DNA of 64,000 bases from Eledone cirrhosa (Eukaryota), in assembly GCA_964016885.1 (NCBI GenBank), contig OZ024743.1, positions 293,818,001 to 293,882,000 on the forward strand, written 5' to 3'. The notes below the pieces were generated by a model, which ran no database searches, was not told the origin of the DNA, and saw nothing but the letters and a program-made list of their open reading frames with translations. Below are positions 1-13,168 of the stretch, in pieces. Numbering within the stretch: the stretch's first letter is position 1; each line of letters opens with the position of its first letter. The translations under genes and the position numbers were made by a program.

Positions 1-1849
1 TCTGAGGAATGAGCCCCGCGAAGAGAGGTAGTAGTTGCAGCGGGTGTCACTGGCTATTGTCCACGGAAATGCCTTTGCAGTTTTGTCTGTGGGGTGCAAC
101 CGAAACATCAACTCACCCTAGGCTCAGAGCCTATCACCCTATCCCGTTCCTCTTTTCTTCCGTGGCCTAATAGTCCCCTTTCCCTCTTTTTCATCTCATT
201 TATGGAATTAATAGCCCATATTTTGACATTGAGTTCAATCAGTCTGTTAAGTCTCATAATTCAACATCGTTAAAATGTATGCCAGCTATATTTGATTCAA
301 TCAATCGGCTGTAGGAGACTTTATACCACATAAAGATATAAACAGCAACGTTTTAATGTTTCAAGATTGAGGATGAGTAAATTTCCCTTACCTATTAAAA
401 CAAGAACACGAAGTCAAGTACACATAGTTCATTGGTTTACTAATAAATCGTTGGAGCGACAGACAAAATACCCAGCAGTATGTTTTATAATTCTCTGCAT
501 TCTGCGTTCAAATTCTCTCAAGGTCAACTCTGACTTCCTTTCTTTCGGGGTCAATAAAATAAAGTACCAACTCAGAGTTACGGATTAGTGGATGACGGTG
601 AGAGTTCGGCTTTTCCGTGTTCGAACACATTGCACCTGTCATGTGGATCATATGAGTTAACTATTCGACTCACTTATACATTACAAAAACCTCACCTCTA
701 CCGAAAAAATAAAACATTTATGTATTTGTTAGATTGTTGGATGACTTATATTTTCCAGCTCTTTGTGTTCGAAATAAAGTCCCTCTATAGCTTTCTTTCG
801 TTGTAGAATTAATCCATTGCTCGGTTCTAGACCATCACTTTGTCCTTGTGTAACTTTAGGAGAGTAATTCTGTTGAAAGCATTCGAGCCAAGTATTCGGC
901 TTAATAATATTTTCTTCTCTCCCATTTACCAATCTCAGCTGCTCAGAGAAGAGTCAAGATCACTGACTTTCTGTTCATGACTAAATAGAAAAGAAAACAA
1001 CTACAAAATCTCTTTAACAGAATACGAGCCACAAATATCTCAATCAGTTTTCCATTCTAACGCTGGCGAAAGATGCAAATCTCGGCTAGAATATCGATGA
1101 TGTCGTGACAAAATATTACAATTGTTTTTATAGTAACAATTACATGCCCATTTGCTATAACTCCTATTATAAAGGCGTTCAACTTTGTAGTGTTTTTGGA
1201 AGTCAATATTCCCTTCTCAAACATTACAGCCACCCAACAACAACACAAATAAGGATTCCAGCATATATATATATATATATACCATTCTATTTTATATCAA
1301 TGTGAACTGCTATTTTTAATGGCCATCTTTTCACCCCTTGATAATTTGTGTGTGAGACACGTTGGCTGAAAGCTTCTGACAGGAACGAAAAGATTGATTC
1401 CTTTTAGCTTCCCGTCCCCATGTAAAATTTGTAAATCAGTGGCGAGTTGAGAGATAGAGTCCTATCGGGTGCCAGTTGCTAATAGCTTTACCGTGTCAGT
1501 CGTCACAAACAGTCATGGCCGACATAGACTGGTCTTAGGATTCTGTCGGTCGATTGGTTATTGATTAGGCGATACCCGCTGATGAAGCCACATAAGCCGA
1601 TTGTGCATTGTTGAATAATATATGCAGACAGATCGTGCAGTGCACCTTACTGCTGCATTAGTCCGGCAGAAACTCGAGTCCGTGAACATTATAGGCACCC
1701 GTTTTACATGTGTTGTGTTGAAGCTAATAACTTTGTGTATACTCTGGGAATGTATCTTACATTGCCCATGGAATGCGCTGAGATACAATCGGTACTGGCA
1801 TTGATAAATATGCTGGGTCCGTCAACCCTTACTATATATATATATATAT

Positions 1850-2380
1850 ATATGTAAAAGGTAAATAGAAATAACAACACAATCGGTACAGTATATGGAA
1901 GGGATATATTAGGTTAACGCTTGATGTAACAGGAAGAGGGTCTTAACGTTTCGGACGCTAGTCCTTCATCAGAAGAAAGAATGTGAAATAAGATAGATTG
2001 AGGGGACGGGTGGGTTGGAATAGGAAAAAAGGTCTTTAGATAAAAATAACAGCTCCATTCATGTTGATATCTCTTATGAACTAAAATCAATTTCACTTAT
2101 TTTATTAAGTTATACGAAACAGTCTGCAGACCTGCCAACCTCAAAATATCCAAACGAGAAGGACCCTGAAAAAAAAAGAGCCCCCAAACGGGGAGAAATG
2201 AGGCAAGATAGGAAGTATTTACATAATGAAAGTGATACCCATTTTCACAAGAGAAACATCTCTCACCTACCCAAAAGTGGGCGGGACATCTCCCCGTCGG
2301 AAGGAGAGAATTGACAGGTCTGAGTATGTCACGTATATATAATAGCCAAATGTCATGTGTAATGTCACTTGACAAAAATA
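1850..2380 (-). mobile_element. Degenerate Penelope-like element 3' end (pLTR with minimal HHR)
   Basis: HHR core at 1941-1976 followed by a short tail ending at (TA)n. Upstream minus-strand translation only weakly resembles a GIY-YIG C-terminus. HHR segment is similar to 17068-17103. Confidence 0.5.
1941..1976 (-). ncRNA. Minimal type I hammerhead ribozyme
   Basis: Minus strand UCUU-CUGAUGA-A-GGAC-UAGC-GUCC-GAAA-CG-UU-AAGA. Stem I UCUU/AAGA, stem II 4 bp, loopless palindromic stem III (ACGU), as in PLE dimer-type HHRs. Confidence 0.75.
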
Positions 2381-3448
2381 TATATTAAATATGTGCTATA
2401 AAACCAATGCGAAATACAGCAAAACTGAAAATAAAATAAACGGCACTTTCGAATAAAAATACCCTACATAGTTTTTGTTACATCGTATTTCAGAATTTCT
2501 TTGCCACTCTCTCCATCAGAAATGCATTGATTAGGCAGTCTGAAACCTGTAACTAACGATACTATTGTTCATTAAATGTGATTGTGATATGAACTGGAAA
2601 TGAGGCTTAACGTGTTTATTTCCTTCGAAAAAATAAAATAAAATGATAATAATAAATAAAATTAAAAACTGGTTTAATTTAGACAGAATGAAAACTAATT
2701 TCTTGGTGATAAAAAACAACCACAACCAGAAAAACAACACCACCTTCACCAACACAACTGCACAAATAAATCCGGATATTTAATCTAAATCCTATTTTTT
2801 CCTTCAGCTAATTGTACTCTGATTACCAATCGTGTGGCATTATTTAACAGAATGTCACACAATCATATGATTAATTATCGATTCATATTGACTAGGTAGT
2901 AAAAATCAATTTCTGTATTTGAGCTGTCGAGTTAATGGCATCAACTTCAAAATATTACTGGTACTTGAATTTAATAACCTCCTCTCTCAGAGGAGTTTTT
3001 ATTTTTTACTCTATAGTTAGAGAGAGAAGGGCTTCTAAGAGTGGTGAGTGAGAAGGACAGAGGTGTACTCAAACTGGAAATATGGTCCGAATTCTTGCAA
3101 AGAGTGGATTCCGTTAAAAGGCACCAAAAACCATGTGGTGGTGTCACGACTGCGTGCCTACAATTTCATTAAATTTATGCAATCAGGAAAATAAACCTAA
3201 TTGAATTGCTGATGTATTACTAATAGTAAAATTATTAATATCGTTGTGGTTTCCATTTGTATTCAAATTTCCTAATTGTAAGCTAATAATCTCATTATGG
3301 ACCATTCATAATATATATATTTCTATTGAGTGTTACAGGTACAGTTTCGGAGACATCCATCTTGACATGTCTGTGTGTGTGTGTGTGTGTCGGTGTAAAT
3401 ATAGATTTGTTTGATTATAAACTTTTGCATCGAGTGATGTATAAATAC

Positions 3449-3491
<43 letters not shown>

Positions 3492-3669
3492 TACAAGTGG
3501 GTGGAGACATACTTTGATATGGATATTGATATTTGCATCTAAGGGTGTATGTCTCTATTCCACCCCACATGTGTGTGTGGAAATAAACATTTATATAAAT
3601 ATAATCATTTACATCTCGGAATCTATCTATCTACACACACACACGCACCCACGCACGCACGCACACGCG

Positions 3670-3712
<43 letters not shown>

Positions 3713-4037
3713 GCACAAAATAAGACTGTCATTGCTCCAATTAGTCTACATACCCTCAGCGAATACCCTAAGCAAGAAAAAACATATCTGCGTGTTTGTG
3801 CATAATTATGCTTCACGTAATTCACTAAAATTATTATCCGCACATCACACAATCATTACAGCTAACTGGGTCCAGAAATCACAACACACATATGGATATT
3901 ACCACAAAAACAACAACAAGAAATAAACAATAAAACGAACAAATGGGGATATAACCATGGCGATTTAATTTTTATATTTTTACTACATTTATTTATATTT
4001 ATAGCTATTATGAATACTTTTCCATTTTTATTTCATG

Positions 4038-4076
<39 letters not shown>

Positions 4077-4096
4077 ACGCAATATATATATATATA

Positions 4097-4562
4097 TTAG
4101 GATTTAGCTTCGAGCATAGCTGTAAACAGATATGTATTTAAATTTCGTATTTCTAAAGAAATACAGTATGCTTATAAATAAACATTTAGAAAGCCGTAGC
4201 TATGCAAAAACACTACCAGCTATCGCCACCGGGCAGTGTCCACCAGAAGCAGGGAGGACAATCGTCGATGCGCATTTCGAACTGAGCTGGTCCTCATCAG
4301 GGCGATCCCTCCCTCTCTTGCAACTGCTGGACTTGAAAAAAGGCGAGAATATATAGTTTTCTTGTCTATGTAAATGAGGTGATTAATCACATTTGCATAT
4401 GAAGCTGTATAAGTTGGCTCAATTTATAATAGAATAGAATTAGGATTTAGCTTCAAACATTGCTGTATACAGATATGTATTGGAATTTCGTATTTCGTAT
4501 TTCTAAAGAAATACGTTATGTTTATAAATAAACATTTAGAAGGTCGTAGCTATGCAAAAACA
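4097..4562 (-). mobile_element. HHR-containing direct-repeat unit (period ~343 bp, ~1.35 monomers)
   Basis: ~120-bp direct repeats at 4097-4212 and 4440-4562 with an HHR between them; starts at a (TA)n tract. Confidence 0.65.
4261..4306 (-). ncRNA. Type I hammerhead ribozyme
   Basis: AUCGCC-CUGAUGA-GGAC-CAGCUCA-GUUC-GAAA-UGCGCA-UC-GACGAU. Palindromic stem III AUGCGCAU, AUC cleavage triplet, stem I 5 of 6 pairs. Confidence 0.8.
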
Positions 4563-4666
4563 ACTGTTCTAGTCCTGTAGAAGCCATTTCTATATTAAAA
4601 TTTATACTCTGCTATGTATTGAATACTTTACTCACTGTGCTTACCCCCGATTGAATTCGAGATACA

Positions 4667-4668
<2 letters not shown>
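4563..4668 (+). mobile_element. pLTR tail fragment of the 38958-39152 / 46843 HHR family
   Basis: CTGTTCTAGTCCTGTAGAA...CTCTGCTATGTATTGA...CCGATT matches the reverse complement of 38958-39065. Confidence 0.7.
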
Positions 4669-4728
<60 letters not shown>

Positions 4729-4768
4729 TCTCTCTCCCTCCCCCTCTCTCTCTCCCTCGCGCTCTCTC

Positions 4769-4827
<59 letters not shown>

Positions 4828-4998
4828 GTATATCTGTGTGTGTGTCATATTCATTTTACTTTTTGTATTTTTACCTTTTTTCTCTCCCTCGTCCCCCCCC
4901 CCATCCGCTCCGTGTGTGTGTATATATATGTATATATAGATGAGTGTATATATATGTAAATATGTATGAATGTATATATATATATACATATATATATA

Positions 4999-5040
<42 letters not shown>

Positions 5041-5110
5041 GGTGTGTGTGTGTGTGTGCGTGTGAACATATATGTGTGCGTATATATATATATATATATA
5101 TATGTACATG
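4669..5110. repeat. Compound (TC)n/(TA)n/(TG)n microsatellite
   Basis: Directly visible. Confidence 0.95.
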
Positions 5111-5558
5111 TATACTCGAACATACAAATCCACACATCACACTAACACTGCCAGTTACTTTACACACAAAATAACTTCAACGCCCATATACAGTACACAC
5201 ATTCAAACTTACATTCACTCACACATACAAGTCGACGACCACACAGGCATATGCATAACACACAATATACCTTAAAAAAACACACGTTTAAACATACACA
5301 TAAAATCATACATAATATCGACACTAATACACACACTTTGCCTTCCAACTCGTTACCAAGACTACCTAATGGTTTATATTGTTTACTTTCTTTATTTTCG
5401 AGTTTTATTCCTTACTTGGACTACCTTTATTTCTGTTTCGCCTTTGTGTTACTGTCTCTAATTTTGTACTCCCGAAGAAGGGCTAAAGCCCGATACGTCG
5501 AACTTTCCTCTTTTCCATACAAAGCGTGAAACTAATAAGACTTTTTGTACATCTATTT

Positions 5559-5560
<2 letters not shown>

Positions 5561-5654
<94 letters not shown>

Positions 5655-5702
5655 ACTCTCTGTATATATATATATATGTGTGTGTATATATATATGTATG
5701 TG

Positions 5703-5761
<59 letters not shown>

Positions 5762-5818
5762 ATACATGTGTGTTTGTGTGTGTGTGTATGCGTGTATATA
5801 TATCTGCGTATATATATG

Positions 5819-5851
<33 letters not shown>

Positions 5852-5894
5852 GCATGTATATATATATATATATATATATATGCATGTGTATATA

Positions 5895-5960
<66 letters not shown>

Positions 5961-6006
5961 TGTATATATATAGATATATGCATGTATATATATAGATATA
6001 TGCATG

Positions 6007-6087
<81 letters not shown>

Positions 6088-6090
6088 GTA
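5561..6090. repeat. Compound (TC)n-(TA)n microsatellite
   Basis: Directly visible. Confidence 0.95.
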
Positions 6091-8437
6091 TAATCCCCTT
6101 CTTGTATTGAATAATTCCTTTCTAATTTGCAGTCACAAGCATGTATATAATTATATATATGGATTTATTTATTTTATCTAAATACGCATTTATGATCACC
6201 ATTTCACCACAAAACCCCGAAATTCGGTAAATGGTATTGACTACTTGTGAAGTGTTCTTCCTAAATATAAAAAAAAACACCAGGTACAAAACAAATGTTC
6301 TGCTTCTCTTTAGAAATCTTTGTCATTCGTCTTTATCACAGCACTTCACCATTACCTGCTCAATATTCTTTTAATGGTTAGGCTTAATTCCAGCTAATTT
6401 TGATAGAGCGAAAGTTTTGAAATATTCTACAAACTCTAATTAAAATAAATAACTACATAGCTAGTAAAAAAAAATATAGCTAGTTTCATTTTAAAATTCA
6501 TTAGTTTGAAAAATTTAAAAATATATTTCAGGTAGAACGAAAAATATATAATGCAAAAAAGAATGAGGAAAAAAAAAACCGAAAAATATATAATGCAAAA
6601 AAGAATGAGGAAAAAATAAAAAAAACAGAATAGGAAGATTAAAGAATGAAAGGGAAATTGGGAGAGAAAGAGCTAGGAAGAAATTTGAGAGGGAATAACA
6701 TATGAGAGCAGTGGCAGAAAAAAAAACTGAATAGAAGCTGTAGTGAGAAAGCGACTAGGAATTTCAGGGCGATTACAAATTGTTTGACAAAGCTAAAACG
6801 ATCTGAGGCCGAACTTGTAGTCTCCGAGGAGAAATGTTGGGTGAATTGACAGTCGGTAGAGCGCATAACAAGTTGTCTTGCTGAATTCCGGTTCTCTTGA
6901 TGAAATCCTATATGATGGTGAGGTTTAGTTTTTGTAGTGAACTTGCGGTCTCTATGTGTGCGCCATTCAAGTTTATGTAGGAACTGTGTGATAATCTATT
7001 TTGTGTAGCGACTTTGTGCTTTTGAAGAGGACAAGATTTTCATTGCGTTATGGAAGGATAATTTTGTGTTCTTTGTTTATGGAACCAGTGAAAATTAGGA
7101 AACACACGATGTTTGAATGCATCTGTTAGGGAGGAATGAAGGGACCTCTCACTTATATAGGTCAGGGCGATGTTGGCGGCAAATGCATGTAGGCCGTTTA
7201 TGTATAGGAGAAAGAGTTAGGAGATATGGTACGTCGAGGCATAATAAAATTGATTTGGTGTTGATGAGAAAGAGCTCCACAAGCACACACCGAAATAATG
7301 TGGTCTAATCGGAATTACCGATCTAAGAGGCGAAGGAAAGATATAACACATATGTTTAACAAGAGATTAGGGTGGTGGACATGGTCGAATGCTTTTCTAA
7401 CGCAGCGCGTAACGACTCTATTTTTATCAATATATCGAGGGTCATAGCCCACATTTATGTGACATCGCATAATAGGTCTCCAGATCTGCCATTAGGAAAG
7501 CAGCACTAAGGAAGGAAAGGAGTTTTGAGTGCTATTTCTATGGGTTTTAGTCGTTCAACCAACTATTTATGTTATAGCCAAGCAGAACTAACCATGGGCT
7601 AATCAAAAGCAATATTGATAGCAGCAAAAAAGACAACCAGCAATAGCAATAGTAACATCAACTACGAGGGAAATTGTAGTTGGTAACGAAACCTATTAGA
7701 GATAGCATTCAAAGATCACATCACTCCAGCCACACCATGCCATCTGAAGGGACTGGTTGAACAATGCAAGCCCACAATTATAAAACAGACAAGATGGCCA
7801 TTGAGGTAACACCTTGAAGCATCGACTACAACGAAAACAAGCTGCAATAGCCACAGCAGCAACAAGAACAGCAATAGCACACTCGTGCGGCAAAAAATAA
7901 TGTCACAGTATGTGATTGGCTGTCAAATGCCTGAAGGTACTTGAAAACTGAACAATGATGAATGGAGTTTATTCAATAGTTGACAGTAGGGAGATTCAAG
8001 TGAACATTCGAGAAGACAAAAACGTAACAAAACAAACAATATAATAACAAAAAAAAAACAAAAACAAAAAAATGAAAAGTGATTTTAAAATTTCTCTCCA
8101 ATTCCTAGATTGAATATTTTGAAATTTATGTCATATTGTTTTTGGTTGTCGATTATGCAATTAACTGATGGAAACCACTATGATGATCATCATCAATAAA
8201 CACTATCATCATCACCAACTAAACCATTATCATCATCCCCATTGCTAAAGAAATCACCAACATCATCCACACCACCTACAATACAGTTACCACATACCTA
8301 CTATCAAACCATACCATTACCTACACACTATCATAATTACCAACAACCACCACCACAGCTGACATCATGGGTACCAAAATTACACTATCACTCCCCAAAT
8401 CACACCATCTCGATCACCCCCTACCACATATTTCCAC

Positions 8438-8455
8438 TATCTATCTATCTATCTA

Positions 8456-8501
<46 letters not shown>

Positions 8502-8704
8502 CACTTTTTTTCGGGGGTGTGTGCGAACCCCCAAGGCGCCTCCTCTCTATTGAGGACTTTGTTATAAATTTTATTTTTTGTTATATTTTATTTTATTTTT
8601 ATATATTGTTATTGCCTCCTCCTTATTGAGGACGCCTTGTTTTGTAAACTCCTCCCATTGTACTTGTCCCACTTTTGATGCCCTGGTGGCAAATAAAAGA
8701 AACA

Positions 8705-8749
<45 letters not shown>

Positions 8750-8757
8750 GTCTGTCT
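8438..8757 (+). mobile_element. ~200-bp LINE 3'-end-like insert (8503-8704) inside a (TATC)n array
   Basis: (TATC)n on both sides. Ends CCCTGGTGGCAAATAAAAGAAAC, resembling the end of the Tx1-like element at ~55310-55335. Confidence 0.4.
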
Positions 8758-10225
8758 ACCGATGTGTTTGTTTATTCACTTTTATCTGGCAATGAAGTCT
8801 AGTATTTTGTTGCTGCTTAACCACGAAGGGAAAAGCAATGACTCTTTTCAGGGCCTCTATAATTGCTGGAAGGGAAGAAGGAAGGTATTCATAAACCGGT
8901 GACTTGATCTGAATCAGCATGCAACAGGGTAGATACTGAAACAATTAAAAATAGAAGCGATGTATATGGTTAAAATATTTTTAATTAAATATTTTGTATG
9001 CTCTCGTGATTCGGGCGTTCGGTTCACAATCATAACGCCATAATTTCGATTTCCAAATCGGGCGAAAGGTTGTTCATTTGGTTTCAGATTGCTCTAGTTC
9101 AATCAGTTAAAATGAGTACCAATGGCAGTTGGGAGCTAGCCCAGCGACCGATTTTGGAAATCTTGTTCTTTAGGGAGTCATTTAATGGGGATAACCTCTG
9201 GGTTTTGACCAACGTGTGTAAACATGGATAAACGGAGCCAAAATGATAACTCTAATTCTTAAATATTTTATTTGTGAAAGAAAAATTTACCACTTCCCTA
9301 AAAACTCCAGAGTGCATGTTTGATACTTGTCATTATTTTGTGAGCACACAGCACCCCTACTATGTAGCTACTGTTTATATTAAAAATACTGCTTTGCACG
9401 CTGCTAACCCCATACACACACATACACCCACCACCACCACCACACCAGCCACCTCGCGGGTCTCTTTCCTCAGGCGGCTGCTATCGATCTGATTTTATGA
9501 ACATAGTGCAAGACATTTTGTTCCCCTCTGTAACGACTCTACCAGTTACCTTACCCTTGGATATGCTAACAGCGAATTTCTCCTCTCTCTCTATAATTTT
9601 GTGTTTATTAATTGCGCCTCTCTCTCTCTCTCTCTCTACATATATAATTTTCATTTTTCCTTTCAAACCATCCTTTCTATTTAATCGTCTTTCATAGTTT
9701 CTTTCATGCATTTTTTCTCACTATATTAACAAATTCTTCAACTCTATGTCCTATTTTCTTTGTTTATCTATTCTTCTATTAATATTTCTCTCCATGTCAT
9801 TCTCTATCACTCTCTTTCACTCATTGTCTCTTTATACCAACTTCTCTCCCACATCGATAGCATTTTCTATTTTCTTTCAGATCAATTATTTCCCCTTTTT
9901 TGTTTATTAAAAGAAAAAGAAATAAATATTCTGCCTTCAGACTTCTTCAGAATCATTAATTACGATGACAATAACGTATCCTTCATCAATTATTACACAC
10001 ACAAACACACACACACACACACACATTACACGGATGCGTTTGAGTTATTTTATGTATTTAGGATTTTTCGTTTTTCCTTATTAATCCTTTTTGATTAGTT
10101 TGGAACATTATCGTTCCTAAATCCATTAGCCCATTAAGAATTCAAGACCTCCTCGGCCTCAAAATCAGAATGAAATGACGGTCGAACCGTCGTGTCATTC
10201 GTGCGATTTGCAGTAGGTTATAAAG

Positions 10226-10371
10226 CAGTCATGGGCAAACTGTGGCCCGTTTGGCTTTTTGCATGGCACGCCTAATTTCAAAATTGTCTTAAAGTTTTTA
10301 ATAGTGCGGTCCATCTTATAATGAACCACATCATATGCGGCTCAATGCTCGAAAAAAGTTGCCCGTGCCTG
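10226..10371. mobile_element. hAT-superfamily MITE
   Basis: Imperfect TIRs CAGTCATGGGCAAACT / AGTTGCCCGTGCCTG; perfect 8-bp TSD TTATAAAG at 10218-10225 and 10372-10379. Confidence 0.85.
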
Positions 10372-10825
10372 TTATAAAGGATCATAGAAATACTGATGTC
10401 TTGAAAGGCCAATGGAAGTGTAGATTTAGGAACGATATTGTTTAAATATAAAGAAACGATAAGGGAATATGAAAAATACTTAATAAAACAAATACACTTA
10501 ACGCAAATACACTTCCCTTCATCCACCAGGTTCCATATGACCTCCAACCTAGCACACTAACCGCATTTATCTCAGCATAGTTCTTTCCACTGATACGAAA
10601 GCATTGTAGTGTGGCTTTAATAATATTTTGAATAAAAAAAATATTTTTAATATATGATTAATTTCTCTGTTCAAAAACACATTTTGTTTCATTAAATGTC
10701 TTACAAAAAATTCAGATGATAGGGATTTTTCGTAAGATTTAGATATGGGTTGTGTTGAAATAATCCTAGGAACCACTGGTCAACTTCAAAAAAGGCATCA
10801 CTACATTCTATAAAGTAATGCTGGG

Positions 10826-11200
10826 TGTATTGTCTGTTCTGTGAATTGAACTCACAAATCCACGAAAGTGAATTCACAATTGTGAGGTTGTGAGTTCAAT
10901 TCGCAGATCAGGCAATACATTGTATCCCTGAGAAAAAAAAAAAAAACACTTTATTTCTCCTTGCTCCAGTTCACTCAGCTGTAGAAGTGGGTTGCGACAT
11001 CATTGGTTCCAAAGTGTATCGGCCTTTGACTTTCCCTGGGACAACAGTGATGGTGTGGAGAGGGGAGACATATATGCATGGACGACTGGTGGTTTTCCAA
11101 AAAACCACCTTACCCGGTTTTGTGCCTTGGAGAGGAAATTTCTGGGAGCAAAAGCCATGGTCATTCGTGACCGAAGGGGTTCTTTACTTGTTACCTTTAC
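10826..11200 (+). mobile_element. Degenerate tRNA-derived SINE with inverted duplication of the head
   Basis: B-box-like GAGTTCAATTC at ~10892; ~32-bp inverted arms 10826-10857 / 10888-10919. Confidence 0.45.
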
Positions 11201-11900
11201 ATTATATAAATAGCAGTCAGATTCCCTCTATAACCACACCATGCAGTTTTGAACATGTAACGTCGTTGGATGATTTATTCCGAGGTACACTGTATCTAAA
11301 AATATAAGGGATGGTTAAGAATGCATTGTTTTTTAATCTATAATTGCGTGATCAGAGCCTAAAGTACAGCTGCGATATTCGTGAGCCTATCAGTGCACAT
11401 TCACGTGACCGTATGACCTGCTAGAAATAGTAATCTAATCTTCTCAGACCACACCCATTGATTTTAAAAAGTAGCACCTTGCATAATATAGTCCAGGATA
11501 CATTATGATCATAAGAAAAAAATGTGGCGGGCATGACTTAGTAATAGGTAAATTTAATCAAGTTTAATCTCGGCAACAACAACAGTGCTCGAGCCAATTA
11601 TGCCCATCTCTTTGCGCCGATGCTTCCCAAACTTATTTTCTCGCGGAACTCTTATATGATTTTAGAAAAAATCATGCATCTCATACTAAAACTTTACGGT
11701 TAATTCCTAACGACACTAATTTCAATAACCCTTTAAATGAAGCAAAGGTTACTTCTGAGGAAGTTGAATTCATTACAAAAAGAAAAGAATCATTGGGATG
11801 AGCATGGGTTGTATTACTTTTCATTCTGAGCATGCTCAATCAGGAGTGATCTGTGGCTAAACAACCAATGCTCTCACTATATATATATATATATATATAT

Positions 11901-12169
11901 GAATGAAGTATTTCCGTCGGAAAGGTACAGGAAAAAAGAGTGCTCTATGTAGGCTACAGAGCTTATTAGTTATGTAATAAACAATATAAGATAATTATTT
12001 CATTTACCAGTGGTTTCTTGAATGCAGATATTTATATCTGTCTTCAGTCGTCAGAATGAATAAATCTATTTATTCATTCTGACGACTGAAGACAGATATA
12101 CATATCTGCCTTCAACAAGAAACCACTGGTGAATGAAATAATTATCTTATGTTGTTTATTACATAACTA
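11901..12169. mobile_element. Fold-back PLE-type pLTR remnant: ~200-bp hairpin with an HHR in each arm
   Basis: Near-perfect inverted repeat 11967-12065 / 12069-12169. UUCAUU-CUGACGA...GAAA-CCACUGG-UH-AAUGAA on both strands. (TA)n on both flanks. Confidence 0.75.
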
Positions 12170-12266
12170 TATATATATATATATATGAAATTAGGATTTT
12201 ATTTCTCGCCCTAGCACAGTTGCTACATAAATGAAAGTATCCATACGTACACACACGCACATATAT

Positions 12267-12603
12267 ATGATGGCTGCAAACTCTGCTAAGAGTACTGCAA
12301 TCGCTTGTCAGATTATAGAATTTGGTGCACCTTTAGGCTACGGCTAGCTTGTCAACATCATCGGATGCTTCCGAAGCCGCAGGTTTTTCTTCAGAGTTTC
12401 CATCTCCTAGAAAGGCGTTGTGATACCAACTGGAGGCCTTTCACTCCCAGGTAAAAAAAAAAACTATTTGGATGGTCGTTGACTCTGCTGAGTTCCTTTG
12501 CCCTTTGTAAGCTTGGTTGGGTTGCTGGTTTAGTCGCCGATGGCCAGATCACGAGACAGGTTGAACTGGGTTACATATTATCAGTACCACTCGATAGCGA
12601 CCT

Positions 12604-12607
<4 letters not shown>
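12267..12607 (-). mobile_element. Diverged short RTE-derived element related to the 19278-21902 units
   Basis: Shares ATG(A/G)TGGCTGC, CAGAGTTT..C.TCTCCTAGAA, GTTTAGTCGCC, GACAGGTTG.ACTGGG and terminal GACCTGACA followed by (TA)n. Confidence 0.65.
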
Positions 12608-12674
<67 letters not shown>

Positions 12675-12809
12675 ATATATACGTATGGGTTATATCGAAT
12701 ATTATTAATAATATTCGATTCATTTGTAAACAAACGGCCCGATTAAAGCTGTGCCGTGCCGATGACAAATCGTCATCCGTTTGTTCAACACTGACCGTTT
12801 TTTTACAGA

Positions 12810-13025
12810 TGAATCAATATTATTGGTGGATTGGTAGTTTCGGTAGAGGGTCGGACGCCATGTTTTGACGCATAGAGTTACAGCCCTTGCCATTCTGAGT
12901 TCAAATCCCACCGAGGTTAACTTTGTCTTTCATCCTACGGGGTTGATATATTAATATAATCGAGTTTTCCCTCTTCAAATTGCTGGCCTTGTGCCAAAAG
13001 TAGAAACAATTATTAATATTTGATA
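12810..13025 (+). mobile_element. tRNA-derived SINE (dispersed family)
   Basis: CTGAGTTCAAATCCCACCGAGGTTAACTTTGTCTTTCATCCTACGGGG...TTGCTGGCCTTGTGCCAAAAGTAGAAACAATTATTA; the motif recurs at ~500, 34690, 46700, 50700, 51400, 57050 and 59920-60440. Confidence 0.7.
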
Positions 13026-13103
13026 TAACCCATACGTTGGTATGTATATGTACATATGGGTGTGTGTGTCTATGTGTATGTATATGTGTGTACGTATGCA
13101 TAC

Positions 13104-13168
<65 letters not shown>

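Noticed and set aside
729-945. Protein-like minus-strand ORF (NGREENIIKPNTWLECF...) as a host terminal exon
   Set aside because: No recognisable domain, weak acceptor and no partner exons; cannot be supported without homology or RNA data.
6640-7600. Possible very old PLE coding remnant on the minus strand
   Set aside because: Only vague motif resemblance; no diagnostic residues readable.
12810-13025. tRNA genes at GAGTTCAAATC motifs
   Set aside because: No cloverleaf; motifs are followed by shared SINE body sequence.
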